A DNA stretch of 64,000 bases from Acidobacteriota bacterium (lineage in GTDB: Bacteria > Acidobacteriota > Thermoanaerobaculia > Multivoradales > Multivoraceae): contig JAPOXA010000139.1 in NCBI GenBank assembly GCA_026707325.1, forward strand, positions 3,570 to 67,569, read 5' to 3'. A program made the position numbers and the translations under genes. Under the pieces are notes generated by a model that made no database searches, had not been told where the DNA came from, and saw nothing but the letters and a program-made list of their open reading frames with translations. Each line of letters opens with the position of its first letter. Position 1 is the stretch's first letter. Below, in pieces: positions 51,734-60,838 of this stretch.

Positions 51734-53530
51734 ATGAGTCTGCAGAACCCCACCCGCGAGTACAGCGTGGATTGGGTCCTGCTGAACATGGCGGCCCGGC
51801 TCACGTGGCTGTGCGGCGTGCTGGGCGTGGGCCTGGCGCTCGTGGTCGGCGCCTACTGGTATCACCAGATCGTTCGGGGGGAGCACTACGAACGGCTGGC
51901 CGAGAACAACCGGCTGCGGGTGCTGCGACTGGACGCGCCGAGGGGCCTGATCTACGACCGTTCGGGACGGATCCTGGTGGAGAACACGCCCACTTTCCGC
52001 CTGATGATCGACCGCGGCGCGGGCGCGGATCTCGGCGCCAGCCTGGCCTTCGCGGCCGGGATCCTCGGCCGGGAGGAGCGGGAACTGAGGACCGTGCTGG
52101 AGCGTCATCGGGGGGTGGCCCGGGAGGTGCCAGTGTTGCTCGCCGAGGACCTGGACCTGACGCAGGTCGCCCGGTTCGAGGTCTCGGAACCCGAACATCC
52201 GGAGTTCGAGATCTACACCTCGAGACGCCGCCTCTACCGGCACAGCTTCCAGACCGCCCATGTTGTGGGTCATCTCGGCGAACCCACTCCCGCCGAACAC
52301 GGCCTCGACGACTCGCTGGCGGCCGGGGACCTCGTCGGCCGCAGCGGGGTGGAACTGCTGCGGGATCGCCGGCTGCGCGGAAGAAACGGGGAACGGATCG
52401 TGGTCGTCGACAGCCGCGGCCGCCTGATGGGCGAAGACGTGCGGCGGACGGACGCGGAGCCCGGCGAGTCCGTGACCCTGACGATCGATCTGCGGCTGCA
52501 GCAGTTGGCCGAGAGCCTGCTGGCGGACAAGATCGGCGCGATCGTGGCGCTCGATCCCCGCGACGGCGCGATCCGGGCGATGGTCTCCTCGCCTTCCTTC
52601 GACCCGAACAACTTCGGCGGCAGGCTGAGCCAGGAGGACTGGGACCGGATCGTCGACGCGCCGGGGAAGCCGCTTCAGAACCGCGCCATCCAGAACACCT
52701 ACCCGCCGGGCTCGGTGTTCAAGATCGCGATGGCGGTGGCGGGTCTGGCGGAGGGCCTGCTTGATCCCGAGGAGCGGATCCACTGCGGCGGCTCGACCCG
52801 CCTCTACAACCGCCGCTGGCGTTGCTGGGAGTCGAGGGGGCATGGCTTCGTCGATCTGCGCGCGGCCCTGCAGCACTCCTGCGACATCTACTTCTACCGG
52901 CAGGGCATCAAGATCGGGATCGAGAAGATCGCCGCCTATGCCCGCCTGCTCGGGCTGGGTAGCCGAACGGGAGTCGAACTCCCCGGCGAGAGCGAGGGCC
53001 TGGTGCCCGATCTCGAGTGGAGCAGGGATCGGCGGGGCTATCCGTGGTACCCGGGCGAAACGGTCTCGGTGGCGATCGGCCAGGGGCCGCTGCTGACTTC
53101 GCCTTTGCAGGTGGCGGCGATGACGGCCGCGGTGGCGAACGGGGGATTCCGGGTGCGGCCGTACCTGATCACGGGCGCCGGGGAGCCGCCGGAGCCTCTC
53201 GGCCTGGATGCCGAGGTGATTTCCTTCGTCGCCGAAGCGCTCGCCAATGTCGTCGAGAACGGAACCGGACGCAGCGCCAGGACGCCGGTGGTGGCCGTCG
53301 CGGGCAAGACGGGCACCGCACAGGTCGTCGCGCAGGCGACCTGGACCCGCTCGGAGGACCTCCCGCCCGATCAGGCCGACCACGCCTGGTTCACCTCCTA
53401 CGCTCCGGTGGAGGCGCCCGAGCTGGTCGTCGTCGTGTTCGTGGAGAACGGGGGCAGGGGCTCCGAAGCGGCGGCGCCGCTGGCGAGAGAACTGCTCGAG
53501 AGTCACTTCGGTGCTGCCGCAGGGACCTGA
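51734..53530 (+). CDS. mrdA: penicillin-binding protein 2 (elongasome transpeptidase)
   Basis: SxxK (PPGSVFK), SxN, KTG(T) (AGKTGTAQ). PBP dimer domain. Confidence 0.92.
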   Translation: MSLQNPTREYSVDWVLLNMAARLTWLCGVLGVGLALVVGAYWYHQIVRGEHYERLAENNRLRVLRLDAPRGLIYDRSGRILVENTPTFRLMIDRGAGADLGASLAFAAGILGREERELRTVLERHRGVAREVPVLLAEDLDLTQVARFEVSEPEHPEFEIYTSRRRLYRHSFQTAHVVGHLGEPTPAEHGLDDSLAAGDLVGRSGVELLRDRRLRGRNGERIVVVDSRGRLMGEDVRRTDAEPGESVTLTIDLRLQQLAESLLADKIGAIVALDPRDGAIRAMVSSPSFDPNNFGGRLSQEDWDRIVDAPGKPLQNRAIQNTYPPGSVFKIAMAVAGLAEGLLDPEERIHCGGSTRLYNRRWRCWESRGHGFVDLRAALQHSCDIYFYRQGIKIGIEKIAAYARLLGLGSRTGVELPGESEGLVPDLEWSRDRRGYPWYPGETVSVAIGQGPLLTSPLQVAAMTAAVANGGFRVRPYLITGAGEPPEPLGLDAEVISFVAEALANVVENGTGRSARTPVVAVAGKTGTAQVVAQATWTRSEDLPPDQADHAWFTSYAPVEAPELVVVVFVENGGRGSEAAAPLARELLESHFGAAAGT

Positions 53531-54626
53531 TCGCTGGTCGCTGCTGCGCCGGGTCCGGTCCGTCGCCTGGATGCTCGGCGGATCGGCGCTGGCCTTGTCG
53601 GTGATCGGCCTGGTCGTCCTTTCCAGCGCCTCGGCGGACATGAACACGGACTACGAAGTGCGCCAGCTGGCGTGGATCGCCCTGGGTCTGCTGGTCATGA
53701 CGGCAGCGGCGGCGATCGACTACACGTTCCTGCTCCGTTACGCCTTCTGGATCTACCTGGCGGCGGTTGCGGTGCTCGCCGCCGTGACCTTCTTCGGCCG
53801 CGAAGCGGGCGGAGCCCGGAGCTGGATCGGGATCGGCGGTTTCGGCGGTCAGCCGTCGGACTTCTGCAAGATCGCGACGGTCCTCCTGCTCGCCCGCCAC
53901 ATGGCGGAAGCGCAGGCGCCGGTGGCGCCTCGCGGCTGGCTGTGGGCGGCCTCGGCGTTCGTCGTCGTGCCGGTGCTGCTGATCGCCCTGCAGCCGGACA
54001 TGGGCGGCGCCCTGATGTTCGTGCCCATGCTCGCCGCGATGGCCATCGTCGCCGGCGTCAGGCTCCGGTCGGCCCTGATCGCGCTGGGGGTGGCCGCGGT
54101 GGTTGCGGGCGCCATCTGGGTCTTCGCCCTGCAGGACTACCAGAAGGACCGGCTGTCGAGCTTCCTCAGGCCCCACGCGGATCCGCTCGGGTCGGGCTAC
54201 CAGGTGCGCCAGAGCCGCATCGCCATCGGCTCGGGACAGATGCTGGGCAAGGGGTACGGCGAGGGCACGCAGTCGAATCTGCAGTTCCTGCCGACGCCTC
54301 ACACCGACTTCGTGTTCGCCGTGCTCGGCGAGGAGTACGGGTTCATGGGCGTCACCGTCGTCCTGGGGCTGCTCCTCCTCTACCTGGGAAACGGGGTGCG
54401 CGCGGCCCTGGCGGCGCGCGACCCGGCGGGCATGCTGCTCGTGGTGGGCCTGCTCGCCTTCCTTGCGGGCCACGTTCTCTACAATACGGCGATGGCGGTC
54501 GGCCTGCTTCCGATCACCGGCATCCCGCTGCCCTTCCTCAGCTACGGCGGCTCCTTCATGCTCTTCTGTTATGCGGCCACCGGGTTGATGATCCGCGTCG
54601 ACGTGCAGCGCTTCGTCAACATCTGA
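53511..54626 (+). CDS. mrdB: peptidoglycan glycosyltransferase RodA (SEDS family)
   Basis: FtsW/RodA/SpoVE signature FLPTPHTDFVFAVLGEEYGFMG and 10 TM. GTG start overlapping the mrdA end (ATG 53571 is an alternative). Confidence 0.85.
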   Translation: MLPQGPDRWSLLRRVRSVAWMLGGSALALSVIGLVVLSSASADMNTDYEVRQLAWIALGLLVMTAAAAIDYTFLLRYAFWIYLAAVAVLAAVTFFGREAGGARSWIGIGGFGGQPSDFCKIATVLLLARHMAEAQAPVAPRGWLWAASAFVVVPVLLIALQPDMGGALMFVPMLAAMAIVAGVRLRSALIALGVAAVVAGAIWVFALQDYQKDRLSSFLRPHADPLGSGYQVRQSRIAIGSGQMLGKGYGEGTQSNLQFLPTPHTDFVFAVLGEEYGFMGVTVVLGLLLLYLGNGVRAALAARDPAGMLLVVGLLAFLAGHVLYNTAMAVGLLPITGIPLPFLSYGGSFMLFCYAATGLMIRVDVQRFVNI

Positions 54627-54658
54627 GCGGACCGTCCGGGGCGGCCGCGGGCACCGAA

Positions 54659-56143
54659 ATGCACAGGGAGCTTCTGGTCGAAGGCGATCCGCACCAGACC
54701 CGCCTCGCCGTCCTGGAGGCGGGCCGGCTGGTGGAGTTCTTCGTCGAGCGCCATCGCGGCCGGGGCCTCGTCGGCAACATCTACAAGGGGAGGGTGCGGC
54801 GGGTTCTTCCCGGCATGAGGGCCGCCTTCGTCGACCTGGGGCTGACGCGGGACGGCTACCTGTACCTCGAGGAGATGGCGGGCGACGAGCGGGGAGCCCC
54901 CGGCGGAGACGGCCGGCGGGTGAGCCTCGACCTCCCGCGCCGGGGCCGGGAAATCGTCGTTCAGATCGCCAGGGAAGGGCTGGAGGACAAGGGACCGCGG
55001 GTCACTACCGAGATCACGCTTCCTGGCCGCTACCTGGTGCTGACGCCCCTGGCCGGTCGGTTGGGGATCTCCAGGCGGATCGAGGATCCGGACGAACGGG
55101 CGCGGCTGAAGGCGGTGGTCCTGGAACTTTGGGGCGATGGGCTCGAAGCGCCGGGATGCATCGTGCGCACGGCGGCGGCGGGGGCGCCGGCGGAGGACCT
55201 CGGGAGAGAGTACGCGGTCCTCGCGGACCTGTGGCGGGAGATCGGGGAGCGGGCGGCCGCGACCGCGGCCCCGGCGCTCGTCCACCAGGAGGAAGAACTC
55301 GCGGTACGCGTGATTCGCGACCATTTCGGGGAGGACTTCGGCGCCTTGCTGGTCGACGGCGCCGATGCCCACCGGGTCATCCGCGAGTACATCGGGCGGG
55401 TTCAGCCGGAGCTGCTGACGAGATTGGAGAGGAGCCGCCGCGGTCTGTTCGATCGCTACCGCATCGACGTTGGCGTCGAAGCCGCGCTGGAGCCTCGGGC
55501 GCCGCTGCCTTCCGGCGGCCACCTCGTCATCAACCAGACCGAGGCATTGGTGGCCATCGACGTGAACTCCGGCCGCGACGTCGGCGCCGGCGCCGTCGGG
55601 GGTGAGGGGAGCTTTCGCGACACGGTCCTCCGGACCAATCTCGAGGCGGTGGCGGAGGCCGTCCGCCAGATACGGCTGCGGGATCTGTCCGGCATTCTCG
55701 TCATCGACCTGATCGACATGGAGCGCGAAGAGGACCGTCGCGCGGTGTTCGCGCGGCTCGAGGCGGAACTGCGGAAGGACCGGGCCCGGAAGCGGGTGCT
55801 CGAGATCTCGGAGTTCGGCCTTGTTCAACTCACCCGGCAGCGGCGCCGCGAGAACCTGGAGCGGGCCCTGATGGGACCCTGCCCGACCTGCCGGGGCCGG
55901 GGCCGGATCAAGACCATCGCGACGATCTGCCTGGAGTTGCGGCGAACCTGTCTGGCGCGTGCCGGCCGCGGTTGCCGCCAGTTGGCCGTGCAGGTCCACC
56001 CGGAGGTCCTGGACGGCCTGAACGGTTCCGAATCGGACGTGCTGGACGGCATGCAGGGAGCGTTTGACGTCCCCATCCTGATTCGGGCGGACCCGGACCT
56101 CCATCGGGAGCACTTCGTCGTCACCGAGATCGAAGGGCCTTGA
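54659..56143 (+). CDS. rng: ribonuclease G / E-family endoribonuclease (catalytic domain only)
   Basis: S1 domain (GNIYKGRVRRVLPGMRAAFVDLG), DNase I-like region with AIDVNSG, Zn-link CPTCRGRG. 494 aa. Confidence 0.85.
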   Translation: MHRELLVEGDPHQTRLAVLEAGRLVEFFVERHRGRGLVGNIYKGRVRRVLPGMRAAFVDLGLTRDGYLYLEEMAGDERGAPGGDGRRVSLDLPRRGREIVVQIAREGLEDKGPRVTTEITLPGRYLVLTPLAGRLGISRRIEDPDERARLKAVVLELWGDGLEAPGCIVRTAAAGAPAEDLGREYAVLADLWREIGERAAATAAPALVHQEEELAVRVIRDHFGEDFGALLVDGADAHRVIREYIGRVQPELLTRLERSRRGLFDRYRIDVGVEAALEPRAPLPSGGHLVINQTEALVAIDVNSGRDVGAGAVGGEGSFRDTVLRTNLEAVAEAVRQIRLRDLSGILVIDLIDMEREEDRRAVFARLEAELRKDRARKRVLEISEFGLVQLTRQRRRENLERALMGPCPTCRGRGRIKTIATICLELRRTCLARAGRGCRQLAVQVHPEVLDGLNGSESDVLDGMQGAFDVPILIRADPDLHREHFVVTEIEGP

Positions 56144-58371
56144 CGGCGAAGGCTGAAGGACCGGAACGCCGGTTCGAGTTCGACGACCTCACGGGCGCGG
56201 TCGCCCCGGCGGCGGTGGAGGTGGAGCTGGGCGCCGGCTTCGAGGAAAGCCTGCGCCGGCTGCTGGACCCCGGGAGCGGCCGGCGCAGCCTGCACTGGGG
56301 CCGCAGCTATCTCTACGAAGCCGGCTGGCGAGGGGCCGCGCAGGCGGGCGAGAAGGCCGTGGTCGTCAAGCAGTTCCGCCACGACGATCTGCGCGCGCGG
56401 CTCCGCCGCCGCCGCCGCGGCAGCCGGGCCCGCCTGAGCTTCCTGGCCGCGCGCCGCCTCCGGCGTCTCGGCATCCCGACGCCGGAACCCCTCCTCTACG
56501 CGGAGTCGAACACGATCGATGGTCCCGCCTGGTACGTCTGCCGTCTGGTGCCGGACGCGCTGGAGTTGCGCTACGTCCTGCGCGCCCTGAACGCCGGCGC
56601 CGGACCCGAGCAGTTTCCCGGAATCCACGGTCCGACCCTGTTGCGGCGGGTCGGCGCGCTGGCCGCGGAACTCCACCGCCACGGCGTCTGGTTCAGGGAT
56701 CTGACCTCCGGCAACGTTCTCCTGTCGGCGCCGGCGACCGACGCCGAGCTCTTCCTGGTCGACCTGAACCGCGCCCGTTTCCGGCGACGGCTGTCGACCA
56801 GCCAGCGACTGAGGGATCTCAGCCGGATGCCGGTGCTGCGGCCGGAGGACCGGGCCGAGTACCTGGCCGGCTACCGGCCGGGCGGCCTGCCGCGGCTTCA
56901 GCGGATCTGGTTCGAGATCTGCCACCGCGCGTTCCGTTTCAAGCTGGGATCGAAGCAGGGCGCGCGCCGGGGTCTGCGGCGGCTGTCCGATCTCCTCCTG
57001 CCGCGCCGCCGCGCCCACCCCCACGTTCCCGACGCGGAACGGGGGGCCACGGCCACCGAGCGCACGGTCTGGGATCCGCTGACCGATCAGCCGCATCAGC
57101 AGGCCACCCGCGGCCAGCGCCTGGGCGTGCGCCTGCGCGACGCCGGCCACCACGCGCGGCCCCTGCTTCGATCCGCCGGGCCGCTGCTCCTGTCCGTCGC
57201 CGAGGCGCACGGCAGACGGCGTGCCCTCGACCGCGCGCCGGCGCCGGTTCGCTTCGGCGGCCTGGGCGTCGCCGTCGGCCCCGGCTCGGCCCCGGTCGCT
57301 TCCCTGGCCGGGGCGATCGAGGAGCTCGGAGTCGGCACCGTGCTCCTGCGCTTCCACCTCTGGCAGGGGGTCGACCGCGACCTGCTGGAGCTGGCGCGGA
57401 CTCTCCGCCGTGGCGAGCGGCCGGTCGACCTCGTGTTCCAGCTCGGACAGGACCGTTCGCTGGTCCGGGACGCCGGCCTCTGGCGGCGGCGGGTCGAGGA
57501 AGCCGCGACCGCGCTGGCGCCCTGCGGGCGGCGCTTCCTGATCGGCCAGGCCCCCAATCGCAGCAAGTGGGGCGTCTGGCGGCCCGCGGATTACTGGAGC
57601 CTGCTGGCGGCCGGCGCCGAGGCGGTACGGGCCCAGCGCCGCGACGCCTGCGTTCTCGCCCCCGCGGTGATCGACTTCGAGCCTCACGCGACCGCCGCAC
57701 TGATCCACTCGGGACGGCCGGAGTGCCGGTTCGACGTGCTGGCGAGCCAGCTCTACGTCGACCGGCGAGGCGCACCGGAGAACCGCCAGCTCGGCTTCGA
57801 CCTCGCCGGCAAGCTGGCGGTTCTGCGTTCCCTGGCTCGCAGGGCTCCGGACTGCGCGTCGGGCAGGAGCTGGGTCACCGAGTTCAACTGGCCGCTCGCG
57901 GAGGGTCCGCACGCCCCCGCGGGCCGGGATGTCGCGGTGGACGAGGACGCCCAGGCCAGCTACCTGGTCCGCTACGCGCTGGATGCCCTGGGCACGGGCC
58001 TGGCGGAGCGCGTCTACTGGTGGCAGTTGGCGGCCGCGGGTTACGGGTTGCTCGACCCGCGGGGCGGCGGTCTGCGGAAGCGGCCCGCCTGGCTCGCCCT
58101 GCGTCAACTTCAGCGCGAGCTGGCCGGAGCGGAAGTCGTGCGCCTGCGGATGCCGTCAGGGCTGCGCGGCTACCGGGCGGTCCGGGACGGCCGCGAGATC
58201 CGGGTCGTCTGGGCGCTGGACGACCGCGGTCGCTCCTACCGGCCTCGGAGCGACGTGCGCGCGGTGCGCGACCGGGACGGCCGGGAACTCGACCGGGTTC
58301 CCGCGGTGCTTGCCGGGGCGCCGGTGTACCTCGAGTGCGAGACCGGCTGCCCGGCCCGCGCACCCGCGTAA
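56140..58371 (+). CDS. fusion protein: N-terminal Kdo/WaaP-type lipopolysaccharide kinase domain plus C-terminal TIM-barrel glycoside-hydrolase-like domain
   Basis: N-terminus: VVVKQF...LHRHGVWFRDLTSGNVLL...LFLVDLNRARF (kinase catalytic and DFG-like loops of the Kdo/WaaP/RIO family). C-terminal ~400 aa carry GH-A-clan-like strand-end motifs (GQAPN..W, VTEFNWP). Overlaps the rng stop. Confidence 0.6.
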   Translation: MTAKAEGPERRFEFDDLTGAVAPAAVEVELGAGFEESLRRLLDPGSGRRSLHWGRSYLYEAGWRGAAQAGEKAVVVKQFRHDDLRARLRRRRRGSRARLSFLAARRLRRLGIPTPEPLLYAESNTIDGPAWYVCRLVPDALELRYVLRALNAGAGPEQFPGIHGPTLLRRVGALAAELHRHGVWFRDLTSGNVLLSAPATDAELFLVDLNRARFRRRLSTSQRLRDLSRMPVLRPEDRAEYLAGYRPGGLPRLQRIWFEICHRAFRFKLGSKQGARRGLRRLSDLLLPRRRAHPHVPDAERGATATERTVWDPLTDQPHQQATRGQRLGVRLRDAGHHARPLLRSAGPLLLSVAEAHGRRRALDRAPAPVRFGGLGVAVGPGSAPVASLAGAIEELGVGTVLLRFHLWQGVDRDLLELARTLRRGERPVDLVFQLGQDRSLVRDAGLWRRRVEEAATALAPCGRRFLIGQAPNRSKWGVWRPADYWSLLAAGAEAVRAQRRDACVLAPAVIDFEPHATAALIHSGRPECRFDVLASQLYVDRRGAPENRQLGFDLAGKLAVLRSLARRAPDCASGRSWVTEFNWPLAEGPHAPAGRDVAVDEDAQASYLVRYALDALGTGLAERVYWWQLAAAGYGLLDPRGGGLRKRPAWLALRQLQRELAGAEVVRLRMPSGLRGYRAVRDGREIRVVWALDDRGRSYRPRSDVRAVRDRDGRELDRVPAVLAGAPVYLECETGCPARAPA

Positions 58372-58372
58372 G

Positions 58373-59185
58373 ATGCTCGCGGCAATGGTCGATTTGGCCC
58401 GAACGCTGGTCCGCTACCGCAGCCTGCTCTGGACCCTGGTCATGCGGGAGCTGCGGGCCCGCTACCGGGGAAGCGTCCTGGGGTTCCTTTGGTCCCTGCT
58501 CAATCCGCTCCTGCTGCTCGCCGTCTACTCGTTCGTCTTCGGCATGATTCTCGGGCCTCGCGGGTTGGTCGAGGTCAGGCCGTACGGTGTCTTCCTGGTC
58601 ACCGGCCTCTTTCCGTGGATCTGGGTGTCGACATCGCTGCTGGAGGGCTGCACGTCCCTCACCGCCAACGGCGGCCTGATCCGCAAGGCCGTGTTTCCGG
58701 TCGAGGTGCTGCCCGCGGTGGCGGTGGTGGCGAACCTGATGCACTTCCTCCTGGCGCTGCCGATCGTCGGAGTCGCCCTGGTCGCCGGCCGGCTGCTCGG
58801 CTATCCGATCTCCGGCTGGACGGCTGTGCTGCTGCCTGCCGTTCTGGCGATCGAGGTGGTCATGGTCGCCGGTCTCGCCTTCGCGCTGTCGGCTCTCTGC
58901 GTTCACTTCAAGGACGTGCGGGATCTCCTCGGCAACCTGCTCGTCCTCGCCTTCTTCCTGGCGCCGATCATCTACACCCTGAGCGACCTGCCGCCACAGT
59001 TCGCGAGGGTCGTGCAACTGAACCCGATGACCTCCTTCACCACCGCGACCCAGGACCTCCTGTTCTTCGGCCGCCTGCCCGAACTCCATGTGTGGGCGAT
59101 CATGGCGGCGATCGCCGCGGTGTCGTGGGTGGCGGGCGCCGGCCTCTTCTCGCGCCTCTCCGACACCCTCGTCGAGGCGGTCTGA
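58373..59185 (+). CDS. wzm: ABC-2 type polysaccharide/polyol-phosphate exporter permease (Wzm/TagG/KpsM family)
   Basis: 270 aa, 6 TM. ABC-2 signature region LRARYRGSVLGFLWSLLNPLL. Starts 2 nt after the upstream stop. Confidence 0.8.
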   Translation: MLAAMVDLARTLVRYRSLLWTLVMRELRARYRGSVLGFLWSLLNPLLLLAVYSFVFGMILGPRGLVEVRPYGVFLVTGLFPWIWVSTSLLEGCTSLTANGGLIRKAVFPVEVLPAVAVVANLMHFLLALPIVGVALVAGRLLGYPISGWTAVLLPAVLAIEVVMVAGLAFALSALCVHFKDVRDLLGNLLVLAFFLAPIIYTLSDLPPQFARVVQLNPMTSFTTATQDLLFFGRLPELHVWAIMAAIAAVSWVAGAGLFSRLSDTLVEAV

Positions 59186-59186
59186 G

Positions 59187-60527
59187 TTGAGCCCGCCGGC
59201 GGTCGCGGCGAGCGGCCTGTGCAAGCGCTACCGGCGCGCGGCCGGCGGCTACCGGCTGCGGACGCTGAAGAGCGCGCTGCTCGAGGGCAGCCTGACCGGG
59301 GGCCTGGCCTCGGGTGAAGTCGTCGAGGCCCTGACCGACGTCAGCTTCGAGGTCGCGGCCGGCGAGGCGGTGGGGATCATCGGCGGCAACGGTTCGGGAA
59401 AGTCGACGCTGATCAAGCTGGTGGCCGGCCTGCTGCCGCCGACCTCTGGGGAACTCTCGGTGAACGGCCGGGTCGCGGCCCTGATCGAGCTCGGCGCGGG
59501 CTTTCATCCCGAGATCTCCGGCCGCGAGAACATCTTCATCAACGGAGCGCTGCTCGGACTGAGCCGGCGGCGGATCGAGCAGCGCTACGACGACATCGTG
59601 GAGTTCGCGGGTCTCGGCGACTTCATCGAAGAGCCGATCAAGTACTACTCCTCCGGCATGTACGTGCGGCTCGGCTTTTCGGTCGCCATTCACACCGACC
59701 CGGAAGTGCTCCTGGTCGACGAGGTCCTCGCCGTCGGCGACGAGGAGTTCGTGCATCGCTGCCTGGCGCGGATCGAGGAGCACCTGGCCGGGGGCGGCAC
59801 CCTGCTCGTGGTCAGCCACACGATGACGCTGATCGACGAGATCTGCGACCGGGCGATGTGGCTGGACGGCGGGCGGGTCCGGGGCCTGGGGTCGACGCGA
59901 CGGGTCATCGACGCCTACCTGGAGTCGGTGGCGGCGCGCGAGGGCGAGGCCCACGACCGGCGCCGCCAGTCGGATGAAGGGGAGCACGCCGCGACCGCGC
60001 CTGCGGGCGCGGCCGAAGAGGTCGCGCGCTGGGGTTCGGGCCAGGCCGAGATCCTGGCGGCGCGCCTGCTGGCCGGCGAGGAGCGGCAGGAGCGCTACCA
60101 CGTCCACTGCGGGGAGGCGGTGGCCTTCGAACTCGACGTCGAACCAAGAGAGGAACTGTCCGACTTCGTCTTCGGCGTCGGCGTCAAGACGCCGCGGGGC
60201 GTCGACTGCTGGGGCACGAACACCGATCTGGCCGGCTACGAGCCGCGTTCCCTCGCCGGGCCGGTGCGGGTCCGGCTCGTCTGCCCGGAGCTGCGGCTGG
60301 CGCCGGGCGAGTACACCGTGGACGTCGCGGTTCACGCCCGCGACGGAAGGGCGTACGATTACCGCCGCCGGGCGCTCCGGTTCACGGTGACGGAGAGCAC
60401 GTCGCTGAGGAGCATCGGTCTCTACCTGCCCGAGCACGAGTGGCAGGTGGAGACGCTGGCCGCGCGGACCGACATCGACTGGCTCTCGCCCGGCGAACAG
60501 GCCGGCGACCAACGGAGGATCGAATGA
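59187..60527 (+). CDS. wzt: ABC exporter ATP-binding protein Wzt/TagH type with C-terminal carbohydrate-binding domain
   Basis: Walker A GGNGSGKST, signature YSSGMYVRLGF, Walker B LLVDEVLAVGD, then a ~170-aa C-terminal beta-sandwich domain (RWGSGQAEIL...). TTG start 2 nt after the wzm stop. Confidence 0.82.
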   Translation: MSPPAVAASGLCKRYRRAAGGYRLRTLKSALLEGSLTGGLASGEVVEALTDVSFEVAAGEAVGIIGGNGSGKSTLIKLVAGLLPPTSGELSVNGRVAALIELGAGFHPEISGRENIFINGALLGLSRRRIEQRYDDIVEFAGLGDFIEEPIKYYSSGMYVRLGFSVAIHTDPEVLLVDEVLAVGDEEFVHRCLARIEEHLAGGGTLLVVSHTMTLIDEICDRAMWLDGGRVRGLGSTRRVIDAYLESVAAREGEAHDRRRQSDEGEHAATAPAGAAEEVARWGSGQAEILAARLLAGEERQERYHVHCGEAVAFELDVEPREELSDFVFGVGVKTPRGVDCWGTNTDLAGYEPRSLAGPVRVRLVCPELRLAPGEYTVDVAVHARDGRAYDYRRRALRFTVTESTSLRSIGLYLPEHEWQVETLAARTDIDWLSPGEQAGDQRRIE

Positions 60528-60838
60528 GCGACCAACCCAAGGAAGGATCGGCCGAGCAGGACGCGTCCTCGTCGATCAACGTCAAGATCGGCGACGCCGA
60601 GCTCAAGGGGGCCTACTCCAACCTGCTGCGCATCACGCACACCCGCGAGGAGTTCATCCTCGACTTCATCAACGTGGTTCCGCCTCAGGGCATCGTCAGC
60701 GCCCGGATCGTGACCAGCCCCGGGCATCTCAAGCGGATCATCCGGGCCCTGGGCACGAACCTGCGGCGCTACGAGGAGGTCCACGGGGTGATCGAGGAGG
60801 CGCCCGACCCGACGGAGCAGCCCAGTCGCGTCAACTGA
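60524..60838 (+). CDS. DUF3467 family small protein
   Basis: 104 aa. NLLRITHTREEFILDF core. GGAGG RBS. ATG overlaps the wzt stop (ATGA). Confidence 0.6.
   Translation: MSDQPKEGSAEQDASSSINVKIGDAELKGAYSNLLRITHTREEFILDFINVVPPQGIVSARIVTSPGHLKRIIRALGTNLRRYEEVHGVIEEAPDPTEQPSRVN

Noticed and set aside
55825-58107. 760-aa minus-strand ORF antisense to rng and the kinase fusion
   Set aside because: Artefact. It overlaps a near-continuous block of sense-strand genes.
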